A stretch of 39,511 nt of DNA, taken from positions 942,264 through 981,774 of the forward strand of contig NC_069010.1 in the NCBI RefSeq assembly GCF_001194135.2, written 5' to 3'. The notes under the pieces are model-generated. The model did no database searches, had not been told where the DNA came from, and was given only the letters and a program-made list of their open reading frames with translations. This document shows positions 21,964 to 34,149 of the stretch, one piece after another (within the stretch, counting starts at the first letter, position 1; each line of letters starts with the position of its first letter). A program made the translations under genes and the position numbers. Origin of the DNA: Octopus bimaculoides. Taxonomy: Eukaryota.

Positions 21964-23102
21964 CTTAACTCTTTGCTTGTCCAAAGCATTTCCATTAATT
22001 CTTGGTTCATAGGTTTTAAGTAATATAAAGCTTTCCTTTCATAAATGCCAAGTTATTCTGATGGTTGAGAAAAAAACTGAGAATGTGTATCATTTATGAC
22101 ATTTAGACACCAAGAAAATATTTCCTGTTTATCACACGTTGATACACAGGACAGGCAAATAACTAAATAGCCCCAATAGATAACCAAATAGCCCCAAATA
22201 ACTAGAGTTATTTTACGATATTCTTGATCATAAGTAAACATGTTGTAAGTATACATGTGTGTCTTAATATTTTTGCCTGTCCAAAGCATTTTCATAAGTT
22301 TATCCTAAACGTCCATCCTTGATTTCAGATTTTTAGTTAGCTTTTGTTTCATATGTTCTGGCTAATATAAAGCTTTCCTTTTTTAACTTCCAAGTTACTC
22401 TGGTAGTTGAAAAAAATTTGGAAGGTGTATCATATGTGATGCATAGATAGCCAGGAAATATGTCCTGTGTATTACATATAATATACAGATGAGGAAAAGG
22501 GTTAAAAATGATCATGGTTGGATTCTGGATCAACTAATAAGACTGGAAACCATGCCCTCAGATCACTGTTGTACCTTCTAACCCTTTTCCTATCCAAAGC
22601 ATTTTCATAAGTTTGTCTGAAACGTCCATTTTTGTTTCAGGCTTTTAGTTAACCCCTGCTTCATATGTTCTGAGTAATGTAAAGTTTTCATAAGTCCCAA
22701 GTTACTTTGGTGGTTGAGAAACATTTGGTTTGTGCATCATATGTGATGTTCAAAAACCAGAGACATATGTCCTGTGTATCACATAAGGATTAAAAACAAT
22801 TGTGGTTGGATTTGGGGGCTGACCAGTAAAATCGAAATCCACACCATCTGGTCACTGTTGCACCCCTTAACTTTTTACCAGTCCAAAGCATTTTCATATG
22901 TTTGACCTAAAAGTTCATGCTTGTTTTCAGCTATTTAGTTAACCCTTGTTTTATACAACCTGAGTTCGTATAATGATTTTGTTTCATAGGTCCCAAGTAA
23001 CTCTCATGGTTGAAAAAAAAGGAATGTGTATAATATGTACGAGCCCCAAGGGAAATACATCCTGTGTGTCCCATGTGATACAAGAAACAGGCAAAGAGTC
23101 AA
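21964..23102. repeat. Tandem array of four ~300-bp units, each a piggyBac-like MITE
   Basis: The motif ccaaagcattt recurs at 21981, 22281, 22594 and 22883. Units begin ttaactctttgc / taacccttttcc and end ggaaaagggttaa / caggcaaagagtcaa. Confidence 0.75.
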
Positions 23103-23788
23103 AGGAGAGTTTAAATCAATGAAGCAAATGCACATGATTATTTTTAATCAACATCAATAAGCATATGTGTAGCTGTGTGGTTAAGAAGATTTCTTTCCAA
23201 CTATGTGCATTTGGACTTAATCCTACAGTGCAGTCTTTTACAAAAGCCTCGGGTTGCTCAGCAGTTGTGAGAGGATTTGGGAAATGGAAACAGAAAGAAG
23301 CTTGTCAGAAATAGATGGACGAATGGATGGGTATTCTTCATCTTTATAAGTTTCTTATGTAATACTGTTACCGTATCTGGGTTGGTGCCTCTGCTAATGT
23401 TCTTTCTCTCCTTCACGATGTCCTACAGTGAGTTTCTCACATTGTTAAGATCCCTAATCAAGGGACTCCTTTTTCTATTCATTCTCATCCTTTCACTGTT
23501 GTCCCGTCTTCTCAGTGGAATTTCAACTCTAATAATTTCTTTCCTCAAACATATTTTATATGGAATCTTTTAGGGAATCTTCTTGAATCCCTGACAGATA
23601 TAACTAACGTCATCTGGCGGTATAAGCATACCAGGCATTTGTTCCTGAGTTACTCATGGGTCTCAGGCCCCATTTCTGATCTATGCAGGCTGTGGTTTCC
23701 TGTCAATAAATAAATCCTATAGGGTCCAAAGTATTGATTTGCTTAGAGGCTAATAATGCTACTAAGATGACCCTTGATATAATCTCAA

Positions 23789-24185
23789 TTCTTTTAAATC
23801 TTGTATTGATTAAGAATTATGAATTTTAGAGCAGCTTTTCATTTCATCCCATTTTCTTTTGGAATTCACAACAAACTAAGGGGTTGCTTGGGGCTTGTTT
23901 TAATTTTGGTTCCTTTGTCATTTTGTTGAGAGTAAATTCTAATAAAAATTCTTAAAACTGAAACAACAAAATCTAAGGAAAGTAGTTCATTCTTTTAAAT
24001 CTTGTATTGATCATTCATGATTTTTAGAGTAGTTTCTCATTAAATATTTTGTCCCCTTTACTTTTGAAATTCACTACAAACTAAGGAGTTTTTTGGGCCT
24101 CTTTTATTTCTGGTTCCTTACCATGTTGATGGGAATATAAATTTTTTTAAAACTGAAATAATAGAATCCAAGGAAAATCAGCCAA
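23789..24185. repeat. Diverged ~201-bp tandem duplication upstream of exon 2
   Basis: ttcttttaaatcttgtattgat at 23789 and 23990, with colinear downstream blocks (acaaactaagg, ggttcctt, taaaactgaaa). Confidence 0.85.
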
Positions 24186-24289
24186 TAATAAGTTTACAAA
24201 GATGACAATGTGCTGTTTATTATTTTGTTAATGTCTGTTTCAATTATTTATATGATTCTCAGAAATAACTATTCTGATTTTTGTTTTAG

Positions 24290-24396
24290 ATCGAATATAC
24301 AATATTACAATTTGACCATGAAAAACGAATTGTCCAGTTACTTTTGACTTCTACAACTTTACTTGAATCTTCCGAAGTAAAAGGAATAGAATCAAG
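24290..24396 (+). CDS. GCLC: GCLC-like gene, coding exon 2 (IEYTILQFDHEKRIVQLLLTSTTLLESSEVKGIES)
   Basis: ttgttttag|ATC acceptor and AAG|gtgagt donor; 107 nt, phase 0 to 2. Matches GCLC VEYMLVSFDHENKKVRLVL and continues exon 1 in frame. Confidence 0.92.
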
Positions 24397-24650
24397 GTGA
24401 GTGTAATTAAGTGGACCAAATTTTAAATAATTTTTGGTGATAATTAAAGTCATTAATAAACAAGAATTTGAGGAGAGAGATAGAAGAGAAGCAAGAGATA
24501 GATGTGTGCTTTAGTTTCCATTACTAGAACTTCTTTCTCTTTTCTATCACAAATCGTTGGTTTTAATGTTTAATAGGATTTGAGCATTGAATATCATCTT
24601 AGTGGCTGGTTTTGTCATAAAGTTATCTATACTATAATAAAAGTTACATG

Positions 24651-24970
24651 AAGGCATGTGGTTTTAGTGGTTAGAGTTATGGGCTCATGGTCGTTAGGTC
24701 GTGAGTTCGATTCCCAGTAGCATGTTGTGTCCTTGATCAAGACACTTTATTCCACGTTGCTCCAGTTCACTCAGCTGGTAAAAATGAGTTGTGTCTGTAT
24801 TTCAAAGGACTGCCTTATCACATTCTGTGTCATGCTGAATCTCCCTGCGAACTACATCAAGGCTATGCATGTCTGTGGAGTGCTCAACCACTTGCACATT
24901 AATTTCATGAGCAGGCTGTTCCGTTGATCGGATCGACTGAAGCGCTCACCGTCGTAACTGACAGTGCTAA
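24651..24970 (+). mobile_element. tRNA-derived SINE, family A
   Basis: ggttttagtggttagag (A-box-like), gagttcgattccc (B-box), gtgtccttgatcaagacact core. Confidence 0.8.
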
Positions 24971-25538
24971 TAAAAGTTACATTGGGAGTTCAAACCCTGT
25001 CAACAGTTAGTTTAATGATTGATACAATCATATAGTTGTAACGATAGGATTGTGGCAGCTCTGATGATAGAAAAGCGATGTGATATTAGCAATTGAATCA
25101 CGTGTGAGATGCGTGTGTCAGCAAGGACAGGAGCCGGGAGTGGTGTAATTTCCTGCAGCCATTGTTATTGTCATCATGTTTCACAGCCGTAGTTAAGTGG
25201 AATAAATTCTTGCAGCGAGTTGGCTTAAGCCTTTTGACTACCAATTCACCTTTACATTACTCTTTAATCTATTTGAGAGAAAAAAGAATACATTGGATAA
25301 TGTATATCTATCTGTATGTATGTGTATGTCTGTGTGTATTCGATTGAGAAACATAGTGCGAGTGAGATTATCAGAAGTTTTATAATTAATTAAATTTTTA
25401 GTCAAATTATTTAAAATTGTAATTTGAACAACCTTTCTCCCCGACCAAAACAATTAAAACATTGTAATTAATTTTTTAAAATTTTCTGCTTTCTAGTTTA
25501 ATAAATGTAATTTCTCCTTAAAAAAAAACATATTAAAG

Positions 25539-25646
25539 TGAATGGTCTCCAGAGTATACCGAATATATGATTGAAGGCAAACCCAGGAATCCTTTTGGTA
25601 ATTCCATCACTGATTTGAATCGTACAGAAGAACATTTCAAAGAAAG
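25539..25646 (+). CDS. GCLC: GCLC-like gene, coding exon 3 (EWSPEYTEYMIEGKPRNPFGNSITDLNRTEEHFKER)
   Basis: taaag|T acceptor and AAG|gtaacc donor; 108 nt, phase 2 to 2. Matches GCLC [20 protein letters not shown]...NMRKR. Confidence 0.92.
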
Positions 25647-25904
25647 GTAACCATAATGTTTTAAATTTACTTTATACAGAAATATTTAACACTTTATTCA
25701 TTTACTTCTCATATTGTTCATTTTGTTAACAATAACATCATTGTTTTTGTTTTTTTTGTGGAGGTAGTGTTTCTAACACAAATCTCTGGTTCTCTGCATT
25801 TCTGATGACCATATCTTTTAGCCTGTAATGTCTGTTGTTTAAGTAATCATTGACATTTCAAATACTATATTATGCGTGAGTAATTATGATAATATGCAAT
25901 GCAG

Positions 25905-26075
25905 CAGGCGCAGGCTGGAAGAGGCCCCTGGTATGTCCCACACCAGATGGCTGGATGTGATTAAAGAAAACCTTCAGTAGCTTGACGTCATCTTGGAGGA
26001 TGCAGAGGAGCTGGCATGCGACCACCAGCGATGGGGAGCACTGGTGGATCTGGTTGGCTCTATGCATGTCGACAC
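25905..26075 (+). mobile_element. RTE LINE ORF 3' end fragment
   Basis: GWKRP..HTRWLDVIKENLQ*LDVILEDAEELACDHQRWGALV. Confidence 0.6.
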
Positions 26076-26184
26076 CTCTGGAACCACTAATCTGGGATGA
26101 CCACAGCCTCATCAAGCAAGAGCATGAAGCAAACAAGAGTAATTATAATAGTAGAGGTTTTACAAAACTAATGACATCTGGATA

Positions 26185-26222
<38 letters not shown>

Positions 26223-26747
26223 TTGTTGCCAAAATTGTATAAGATGTTTATTGTGCTTGAGTGAAAAGTATTCCAAGATAAATCTGCATTGGACCGAAAA
26301 TCTGAGTATTTGTAGACATTGGTTGAAATTCTTAATTTGTAGTCCATTGCAATTAAATGACTAGCTTTGCCAATTATCACCAATCTTTCCATTCATTAAT
26401 TTAGTATAACTTGGTATTTGTTGGATACTTTTAACATTTAAAACTTTTTTTGGTACTTATCTGTAATTCTTTATTTTTGACCATGAAATTTCATTCAATG
26501 ATTTTTTTTTATATCATAGAATCTATTGCATGTTATTTGTTTTTTCCTTTCCCATCTGAAACATTCAAGATACGTATTACACATGCGCTAATCATTATTA
26601 TTTTAATTATATTTTCATAATTATTTATCATTGGGAAATTTTCTTTGATTTTTGCTATATTTCATCAATATCTGCATATGTATGTATGTATGTATGTATG
26701 TTAATATATACGCATTTGTATGTATCCATGTATGTGCATTATATAAT

Positions 26748-27765
26748 CATCATCATCATCATCATTTAATGTCTGGTTTTTCTCACTGGTAGGGGTCAGA
26801 TGGTTTGACCAGTGCTGGCAAGCTGGGGAGCTGCACCAGACTCCTGTCTGATTTGGCATCGTTTCTACGGCTGGATGCCCTTCCTAGTGCCAACCACTTT
26901 ACAAAGTGGTTTTACATGGCACTGCACGAGCATTTTTACATAGCAGCAGCACAAGTGCCTTTTACATGGCACCAGCACAAGACTCTTGCTGGCCAATCCT
27001 CTTCACCAGGGAGAGCAGCCCTAACATTTCTGATGTGGAGTATGGGTCCTCTTGAGTACAGCGTTACGCCAGGTCTCTCGGTTCTTTGTCATCTCATATG
27101 AAAAGTTTAACGTCCTGAAGTCGTCCTTCAGTACTTCATCCTATGTCTTCCTGAGTTTCCCGCTTCCATGTGTTCCATCTATTTTGAGAGATCAGCACTT
27201 CTTTATGGAGCTATCGGCATCCATCTGCATCACATGACCAAACCAGTGCAGTCTTCTCTCTTGCATGCTGCATCTAATTCCTCTTATGCCTGACATCACT
27301 CTCAAAATACTATCACTCTGTTGAATATGTACACTTACATTACACACCCAGCAGAGCATACTAGCCTCATTCTTCTCTAACATTCACATGTTCTCTGCAT
27401 TCAGGGCCCATGTCTCACTACCATGTAGAATTGCTGTCTGTATACATGCATCAGTGTAAGCTATGGACACACAAGAAGTGCAGTGAAATAATGGAAAGTT
27501 ATCAGAGAAGGTAGAGTTTGTACATGGAAGGTGTATAGGATCCATTAAAGGTACTAAAACTCAGGAAGTTGATTCTCCCAAATGCCCTGGTGGCACATTA
27601 GAGGTAGTAGATAATTTACGCTAGTTAGGGGATTAAATAAGCAGCGGAGGAGGGTGTACAGAGAGTGTATTAGCTAGAATAAGAATAGGATGGAGGAAAT
27701 TCAGAGAGCTTTTGCCTCTGTTGGCTAGGAAAGGTTTCTCTCTCCGAGTGAAAGGTAGATTGTAT
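26748..27765 (-). mobile_element. 5'-inverted RTE LINE insertion
   Basis: 26748-27453 is on the minus strand (DACIQTAILHGSETW..RRLHWFGHVM, 3' UTR, (GAT)n tail). 27452-27765 is on the plus strand (CKLWTHKKC..GWRKFRELLPLL..KGRLY). Confidence 0.85.
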
Positions 27766-27789
27766 ACACAATATGTTCTATATATATAC

Positions 27790-27807
27790 ATCATCATCAT
27801 CATCATT

Positions 27808-27849
<42 letters not shown>

Positions 27850-30800
27850 GTTTAACGTCCGTTTTCCATGCTAGTATGGGTTGGACAGTTTGACCGGGGT
27901 CTGGGAAGCCAGGAGGCTGCAACAAGCTCCAGTTTGATCTGGCAATGCTTCTACAGCTGGATGCCCTTCCTGATGGATGCTTTTTACGTGCCGCCAGCAC
28001 AGGGGCCAGAGGAGGCTGGCAATGGCCACGATTGGTTGGTGTTTTTTCTGTGCCACTGACACGGAAGCCAGTCAAGGTGGCGCTGGCATCAGCCATATTT
28101 GGATGGTGCTTTTTATGTGACACCGGCACAGGGGCCAGAGGAAGCTGGCAACGGCCACAATCGGTTGATGCTTTTTACGTGCCACCAGCACGGGTATCAC
28201 AACTACAATTTCCATTTGATTTTTATTATGATGTCGATGTACTTGACTCAATAGGTCTCCTCAAGCACAGCAGGTCGTCCATGATCCAAGGTAAGCACAG
28301 CAGGTCACCCTACGATCACAGGTAAGCACAGCAGGTCGCCCTACAATCTAAGGTACTTTTGAATGGACTGGGGCTGGTTACGCGAAACTGGTATAGGATA
28401 CAACTGTAAACTCACTTTACTTACCGGGTCTTCCCAGTCACAGCATATCCCCAGGGGTCTCGGTCTTTCGTCATTGACTCTGTGGGGCCCAACGTTCGAA
28501 GGTCATGCTTGACCACCTCATCCCATGTCTTCCTGGATCTCCCTCTACCCCGGATTCCTTCAACTGTTTGGGAGTGGCACTTCTTCCCACATCTCTCCTC
28601 ATCCATCCATAGTACATGACCATACCAGCACAAACGTCTCTCTTGCACGCCACATCCAATGCTTCTTATGTCCAGCATTTCTCTCAGGGCGCTTACACTC
28701 TATCGTGTGTACACGCAGACATTACACATCCATCAGATTATGCTAGCTTCATTTCTTTCGAGCCTACGCATGTCCTCCGTAGTCACAGCCCATGTTTCAC
28801 TGCCATGAAGCATGGCAGTTCACACACATGCATTGTACAATCTACTTTTCACTCTGAGCGAGAGGCCCTTTGTCACCAATAGGGGTAGAAACTTTCTGAA
28901 CTTTGCCCAGGCTATTCTTATTCTAGTGGTAATGCTCTCAGAGCATCCACCCCCACTACTAACTTGGTCACCTAGGTAGTGGAAGCTATCAACTACTAGT
29001 TTCTCCCCCTGAAGTGTGATGGAATCCGTTTTCTGAGCATCTGTGGTGTTTATTACCCCTGTGCATCTGCCGCACACGAAAGCTATCTTCTCGGTTAATC
29101 TTCCTTTGATGTTGCTGCACCTCTTATGTGTCCATAGCTTACACTGGGTACATCTTATGGAGTTTCTACCTACACCTTTTCTACAGATCGAGCAGGGCCA
29201 CCTACCTGAGGGTGTGTGTGATGAGTTTGCCTCCCTACTTACTAGAACTTTGGTCTTTGCTATATTGACTCTAAGGCCTTTTAATTCTAAACCTTGCTTC
29301 CACACCCAAAATTTCTTCTCTAGTTCTGGTAGCGATTCTGCCATGAGAGCCAGGTCATCAGCATAGAGGAGCTCCCAGGGGCAACCCATCTTGAATTTCT
29401 CTGTTATTGCCTGGAGGACTATGATGAATAAAAGGGGACTGAGGGATGAACCTTGGTGGACCCCTACTTCTACCCGAAATTCTTCACTATACTCATTGCC
29501 AATCCTAACCTTACTAACGGCTTCTCTGTATAGGGCCTGTACAGCCCTTATTAACCATTTGTCAATTTCCAGTGTCCACATCGCCCATCAGATAAGGGAT
29601 CGAGGGACCATGTGAAAGGCAAGTCCACAAAAGTTAATCTTTAGCTAGGTATTTCTCCTGCAGCTCTCAAACCAGGAATATGCTATCAATAGTGCTTCTA
29701 CTCAGCACAAAACCGAACTGCATCTCATCTAAGCAGACTCTCTCCCTAATGAGATGGGCTATGACCCTCTCCGTGACCTTCATCACCTGATCCAGCAGTT
29801 TGATACCCCTGTAGTTATTTCTATCTAAAGCATCACCTTTACCCTTGTAGCAGTTGACTATGGTGCTGCTACGCCAGTCATTGGGTGTGACTCCATCATG
29901 AACTCCCTGGTTTACAATGCAGGTGACTAGGCCATAGCCCACACCACCAGATGTTTTAAGCATCTCATCAGTGATTCCTGATGGGCTGGGGTCTTTTCCT
30001 GGCTTCATACCCTTAATTGCTTTATCTACCAGGAGGAGTCTATTCAGATAGCTGGTCCCTCTACTGGGTCAACATTTGGCAGGCTCTCCTCCTCCCATTC
30101 ATTCTCCACGTTCAGCAATCTTTCCTAATGGCTTCTCCAAGCCTCTTTCTTTTCAGAATCATTAAAAGCAAGTGCATCATCATCCATGCAGACACATTTC
30201 TCTCCTGTGACATCACAATTTTCTCTTACACACTGTCTTGCAATCCAAAACACCTCAGTTCTTTGGTCCTCACATCGTTGGACATTGGCAAACTTCTTTT
30301 CTGCTTCACCCTTGGCTATGTATACCTGCTACCCATCCCCCCTTTTGGCTACCTGGTACAGTTCCCTGCTACCCACCACCCTTCAAGGCTTTCCTAGCCT
30401 GTTTCTTTGCTCTAATGGCTTTGTCTAAAGTACTATTCCACCACCACGTAACTCTAGGTCTGGAAGGGACTTTGCACCATCCACAGACTTGGTCTGTGGC
30501 ACTCAGCAAGCTGTCCCGTAGGAATTTCCGGGTACCTTCTATGTCCGATATCTGTAGTTCCTCCTCCCTCTCATCAAATTTCTTGATTAGGATGTCCCTA
30601 AATCTCTGACCATGTGAAGGGTTCTTTAGCTTTCAAATCCTTCTTTTTTGGATTGGTCTGCTTCTTGATATCCTTCTGGCCTCGAGCCTAAAGTCACTAA
30701 AGACTAGTCTATGCTGGAAGGTACATTCTTCACCCAGGAGGGTCTTTGTATTTAAGAGCATCCCTGCGTCCCGCTGTCTGGTGAGGATGAAATCAATCTG

Positions 30801-31055
30801 GTAAGCAGAGTTCCCTGATTGATAGGTTATCAGGTGGCTGCTTGACTTTCTGAAGTTAGTGTTGCACATTAAAAGGTTACACGCATCACAGAACTCCAGT
30901 AGCCTAGTTCCCTCATCGTTCCAGGCACCAATGCCATGGCCCCCGTGTCCCCCAGTGAAGATACCAGATTCCTGCCCAACATGCCCATTAAAATCTCCAG
31001 CCACAAAGATGAGGTCATTGTCACTCGTCTTAGAGGTAGCCTGTAGAAGGGCATC
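27790..31055 (-). mobile_element. RTE-clade LINE (APE endonuclease + RT), 5'-truncated, decayed, (GAT)n tail
   Basis: EN: FVAGDFNGHVG, QIDFILTR. RT: YKGKGDALDRNNYRGIKLL, QFGF, GVHQGSSLSPLLF, LLYADDL, RRLCWYGHV. 3' UTR with internal tandem repeats (27965-28345); (CAT)n on the plus strand at 27790-27849. Confidence 0.93.
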
Positions 31056-32660
31056 ATTACGCTTTACAAAAACAAAGGTGACCATGGTGATTGTAACAGT
31101 TACCGTGGAATATCTCTTCTCAGCACTGTTAGAAAGACCTTTGCTTGCATTATCCTATCCAGGCTACAACTGCTTGCTTCTCGAATTTATCCAGAATCGC
31201 AGTGTGGCTTTAGAAGAAGCAGAACAACTATTGACATGATATTCTCTAGACGCCAACTTCATGAGAAGTCCACAGACAGAGCAGAACATGCCATTATACA
31301 TGGTCTTCATTGATCTGACAAAGGCCTTTGACTTGGTAAGTAAACAAGGCCTCTTCATCCTGCTTCGAAAAATCGGATGTCCACCAAAGCTGCTGAGGAT
31401 CGTCAAATCTTTCCATGATGATATGCCAGGCACCATACAGCACAATGGTTCAACATCAGCCGCCTTCCAAATAAAGAATGGGGTAAGGCAAAGCCGTGTC
31501 CTTGCTCCTACGTTATTAGGCATCTTCTTCTCGCTGCTGCTGTCACGTGCCTTCGAGACATCAGATGATGGCGTGCTTCTGCACAGTAGAAGTGACGGGA
31601 AACTGTTCAATCTCTCGCGTCTGCGTGCCAAGACCAAAATCAAAAGCGTCCTGATCAAGGAGATGCTCTTCGCTGATGATACCGCTCTGGTATCACACAC
31701 ACAAGCCTTGCAAAGGCTCATCAACTGCTCTGAGCAAGCATGTAGCGACTTTGGCTTAGTTATCAGCCTCAAGAAGACCAACATCATCGGTCAGACTACA
31801 TCGGACATCCCAAAAATACATAATGGAGGGAACAGGAGGTGGAGAATTTTACCTTTCTTGGCTCTACCATCACCTACAACCTATCTTTTGATGCCGAGCT
31901 CAATATACGCATTGGCAAGACTGCTGCTGTGATGGCCCAGCTCTCCAAACGGGCATGGGACAACAATAATCTGACAAGATCACAAAAAATGAAGATTTAC
32001 CAGGCATGAGTACTTAGCACTCTACTGTATGGCAGTGAGACCTGGACGCCATACACTCACCAAGAGCGTCGCCTAAATATCTTTCACCTGCGATGTCTCC
32101 AGAAAATCCTTGACATCAAATAGTAGAATCGTGTCCCCAACAAAGATGTCCTCAAGCAAGCAGGAATACCAAGCATGTCTGCACTCCTCACAGAAAGACG
32201 TATGAGATGGCTTGGACATGTTAGTCGTATGGAAGGTAGCAGAATCTCCAAGTACATACTCTACGGAGAGCTTGCTCGGTGTACTAGGTCTGAAGGAAGA
32301 CCGTTCTTACGATACAAGGATGTTTGCAAAAGGGACATGAAGGACTGCGACATCAATATTAGCATCTGGGAAGCGGTTACCAACAACCGTGGAGATTGGC
32401 GGCGCACCACAGAAGAGGGAACACAAAGGAGTAACAGAGGGAGAGAGGAGAAATGGAAAGACAAGAAAAGACGCCAACAAGAAACTATGACATTACAACC
32501 AGCCAGGCAAAGTCTTCGCTACATTTGTGGCACCTGCCAGAGGGAGTGTTTGTCCCGGATACGACTACACAGCCACAGCAGGAGATGTATTAGGACATGA
32601 AATGTAAAAATCGGACTAGATTATGCGCAACTCCATTGTCTCCCGAGACAAAAAGGATGT
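31052..32660 (+). mobile_element. RTE-BovB-like LINE, 5'-truncated, RT to 3' end
   Basis: IITLYKNKGD..YRGISLL, FIDLTKAFD, GVRQ..LAPTL, LFADDTAL, RMRWLGHV, C-terminal CGTCQRECLSRIRLHSHSRRC and BovB-type tail ccattgtctcccgagac. Confidence 0.9.
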
Positions 32661-34149
32661 CANNNNNNNNNNNNNNNNNNNNNNNNNNNNNNNNNNNNNN
32701 NNNNNNNNNNNNNNNNNNNNNNNNNNNNNNNNNNNNNNNNNNNNNNNNNNNNNNNNNNNNNNNNNNNNNNNNNNNNNNNNNNNNNNNNNNNNNNNNNNNN
32801 NNNNNNNNNNNNNNNNNNNNNNNNNNNNNNNNNNNNNNNNNNNNNNNNNNNNNNNNNNNNNNNNNNNNNNNNNNNNNNNNNNNNNNNNNNNNNNNNNNNN
32901 NNNNNNNNNNNNNNNNNNNNNNNNNNNNNNNNNNNNNNNNNNNNNNNNNNNNNNNNNNNNNNNNNNNNNNNNNNNNNNNNNNNNNNNNNNNNNNNNNNNN
33001 NNNNNNNNNNNNNNNNNNNNNNNNNNNNNNNNNNNNNNNNNNNNNNNNNNNNNNNNNNNNNNNNNNNNNNNNNNNNNNNNNNNNNNNNNNNNNNNNNNNN
33101 NNNNNNNNNNNNNNNNNNNNNNNNNNNNNNNNNNNNNNNNNNNNNNNNNNNNNNNNNNNNNNNNNNNNNNNNNNNNNNNNNNNNNNNNNNNNNNNNNNNN
33201 NNNNNNNNNNNNNNNNNNNNNNNNNNNNNNNNNNNNNNNNNNNNNNNNNNNNNNNNNNNNNNNNNNNNNNNNNNNNNNNNNNNNNNNNNNNNNNNNNNNN
33301 NNNNNNNNNNNNNNNNNNNNNNNNNNNNNNNNNNNNNNNNNNNNNNNNNNNNNNNNNNNNNNNNNNNNNNNNNNNNNNNNNNNNNNNNNNNNNNNNNNNN
33401 NNNNNNNTCCCTGCCGTCTCTTCTTGCTCACTTTCCCTCCACTTTTCACTTCATTGTGTCCCTGTCATTTTTTCTCAGCCCTCCTTAATTCTTTTGTCCC
33501 TGTGCCTATATCTTTCTCTCTTCTCTTCCCACGTGACCGGTGTTCGGCCAAGCCTGATCTTTCTTTCTTGACCAGCCATTATCCGTGCAACATCGATATT
33601 CCTCTCTGTGCCCGTGAAATCATGTATCCCTCCCGTAAGGCTTTATTTCCACACACACCAGCTTAATTTAATTCGTCCTTAGTCGAAAGACACCTGTTGT
33701 TATGTCCTGTTATTATTCAAGTTGACTTATCACTGGTGGCTTGCAATATCCTTTTGAGGAAAAGCCTAGGAGAAGGTACTTCAATATAAAACCTGCAGTC
33801 AATTTAGTCATCTTGCTTTGCTTGTCACTGGAATCTACTATTTTGGCTCAAAGAGTGGCAAAAGTGTTGTACAAGTGTTTGTCACTGAAATCTAATGAAG
33901 TACAGATGCCCCCAACATAACACCATCATCGTACAATCATCACTTTTCAAAGGTCCTATGGCGATAGAGGCATGGCGACGTATGCAGACTTGACTGGTTT
34001 GGAGCATAGAATTACAAATCTGCACATAAGGCGGCAGGGTTCTTATCTTAACATCACTAATATGTTTTCGTCGACAGGAACTGTTTTCGGTGGAGAATCC
34101 TGTGTCTAAGCAGCCCTTTTAAGGAGAACACTGCTCACCTGGATATACA

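Noticed and set aside
21964-23102. CRISPR-like periodicity
   Set aside because: Units are ~300 bp, diverged and eukaryotic; no short repeat-spacer structure or cas genes.
24651-24730. tRNA-like sequences at SINE heads
   Set aside because: They continue into SINE bodies and are degenerate; not tRNA genes.
33640-33700. Possible hammerhead ribozyme near ttcgtccttagtcgaaag
   Set aside because: No CUGANGA core in the right position on either strand; I also found no canonical core near the Penelope elements.
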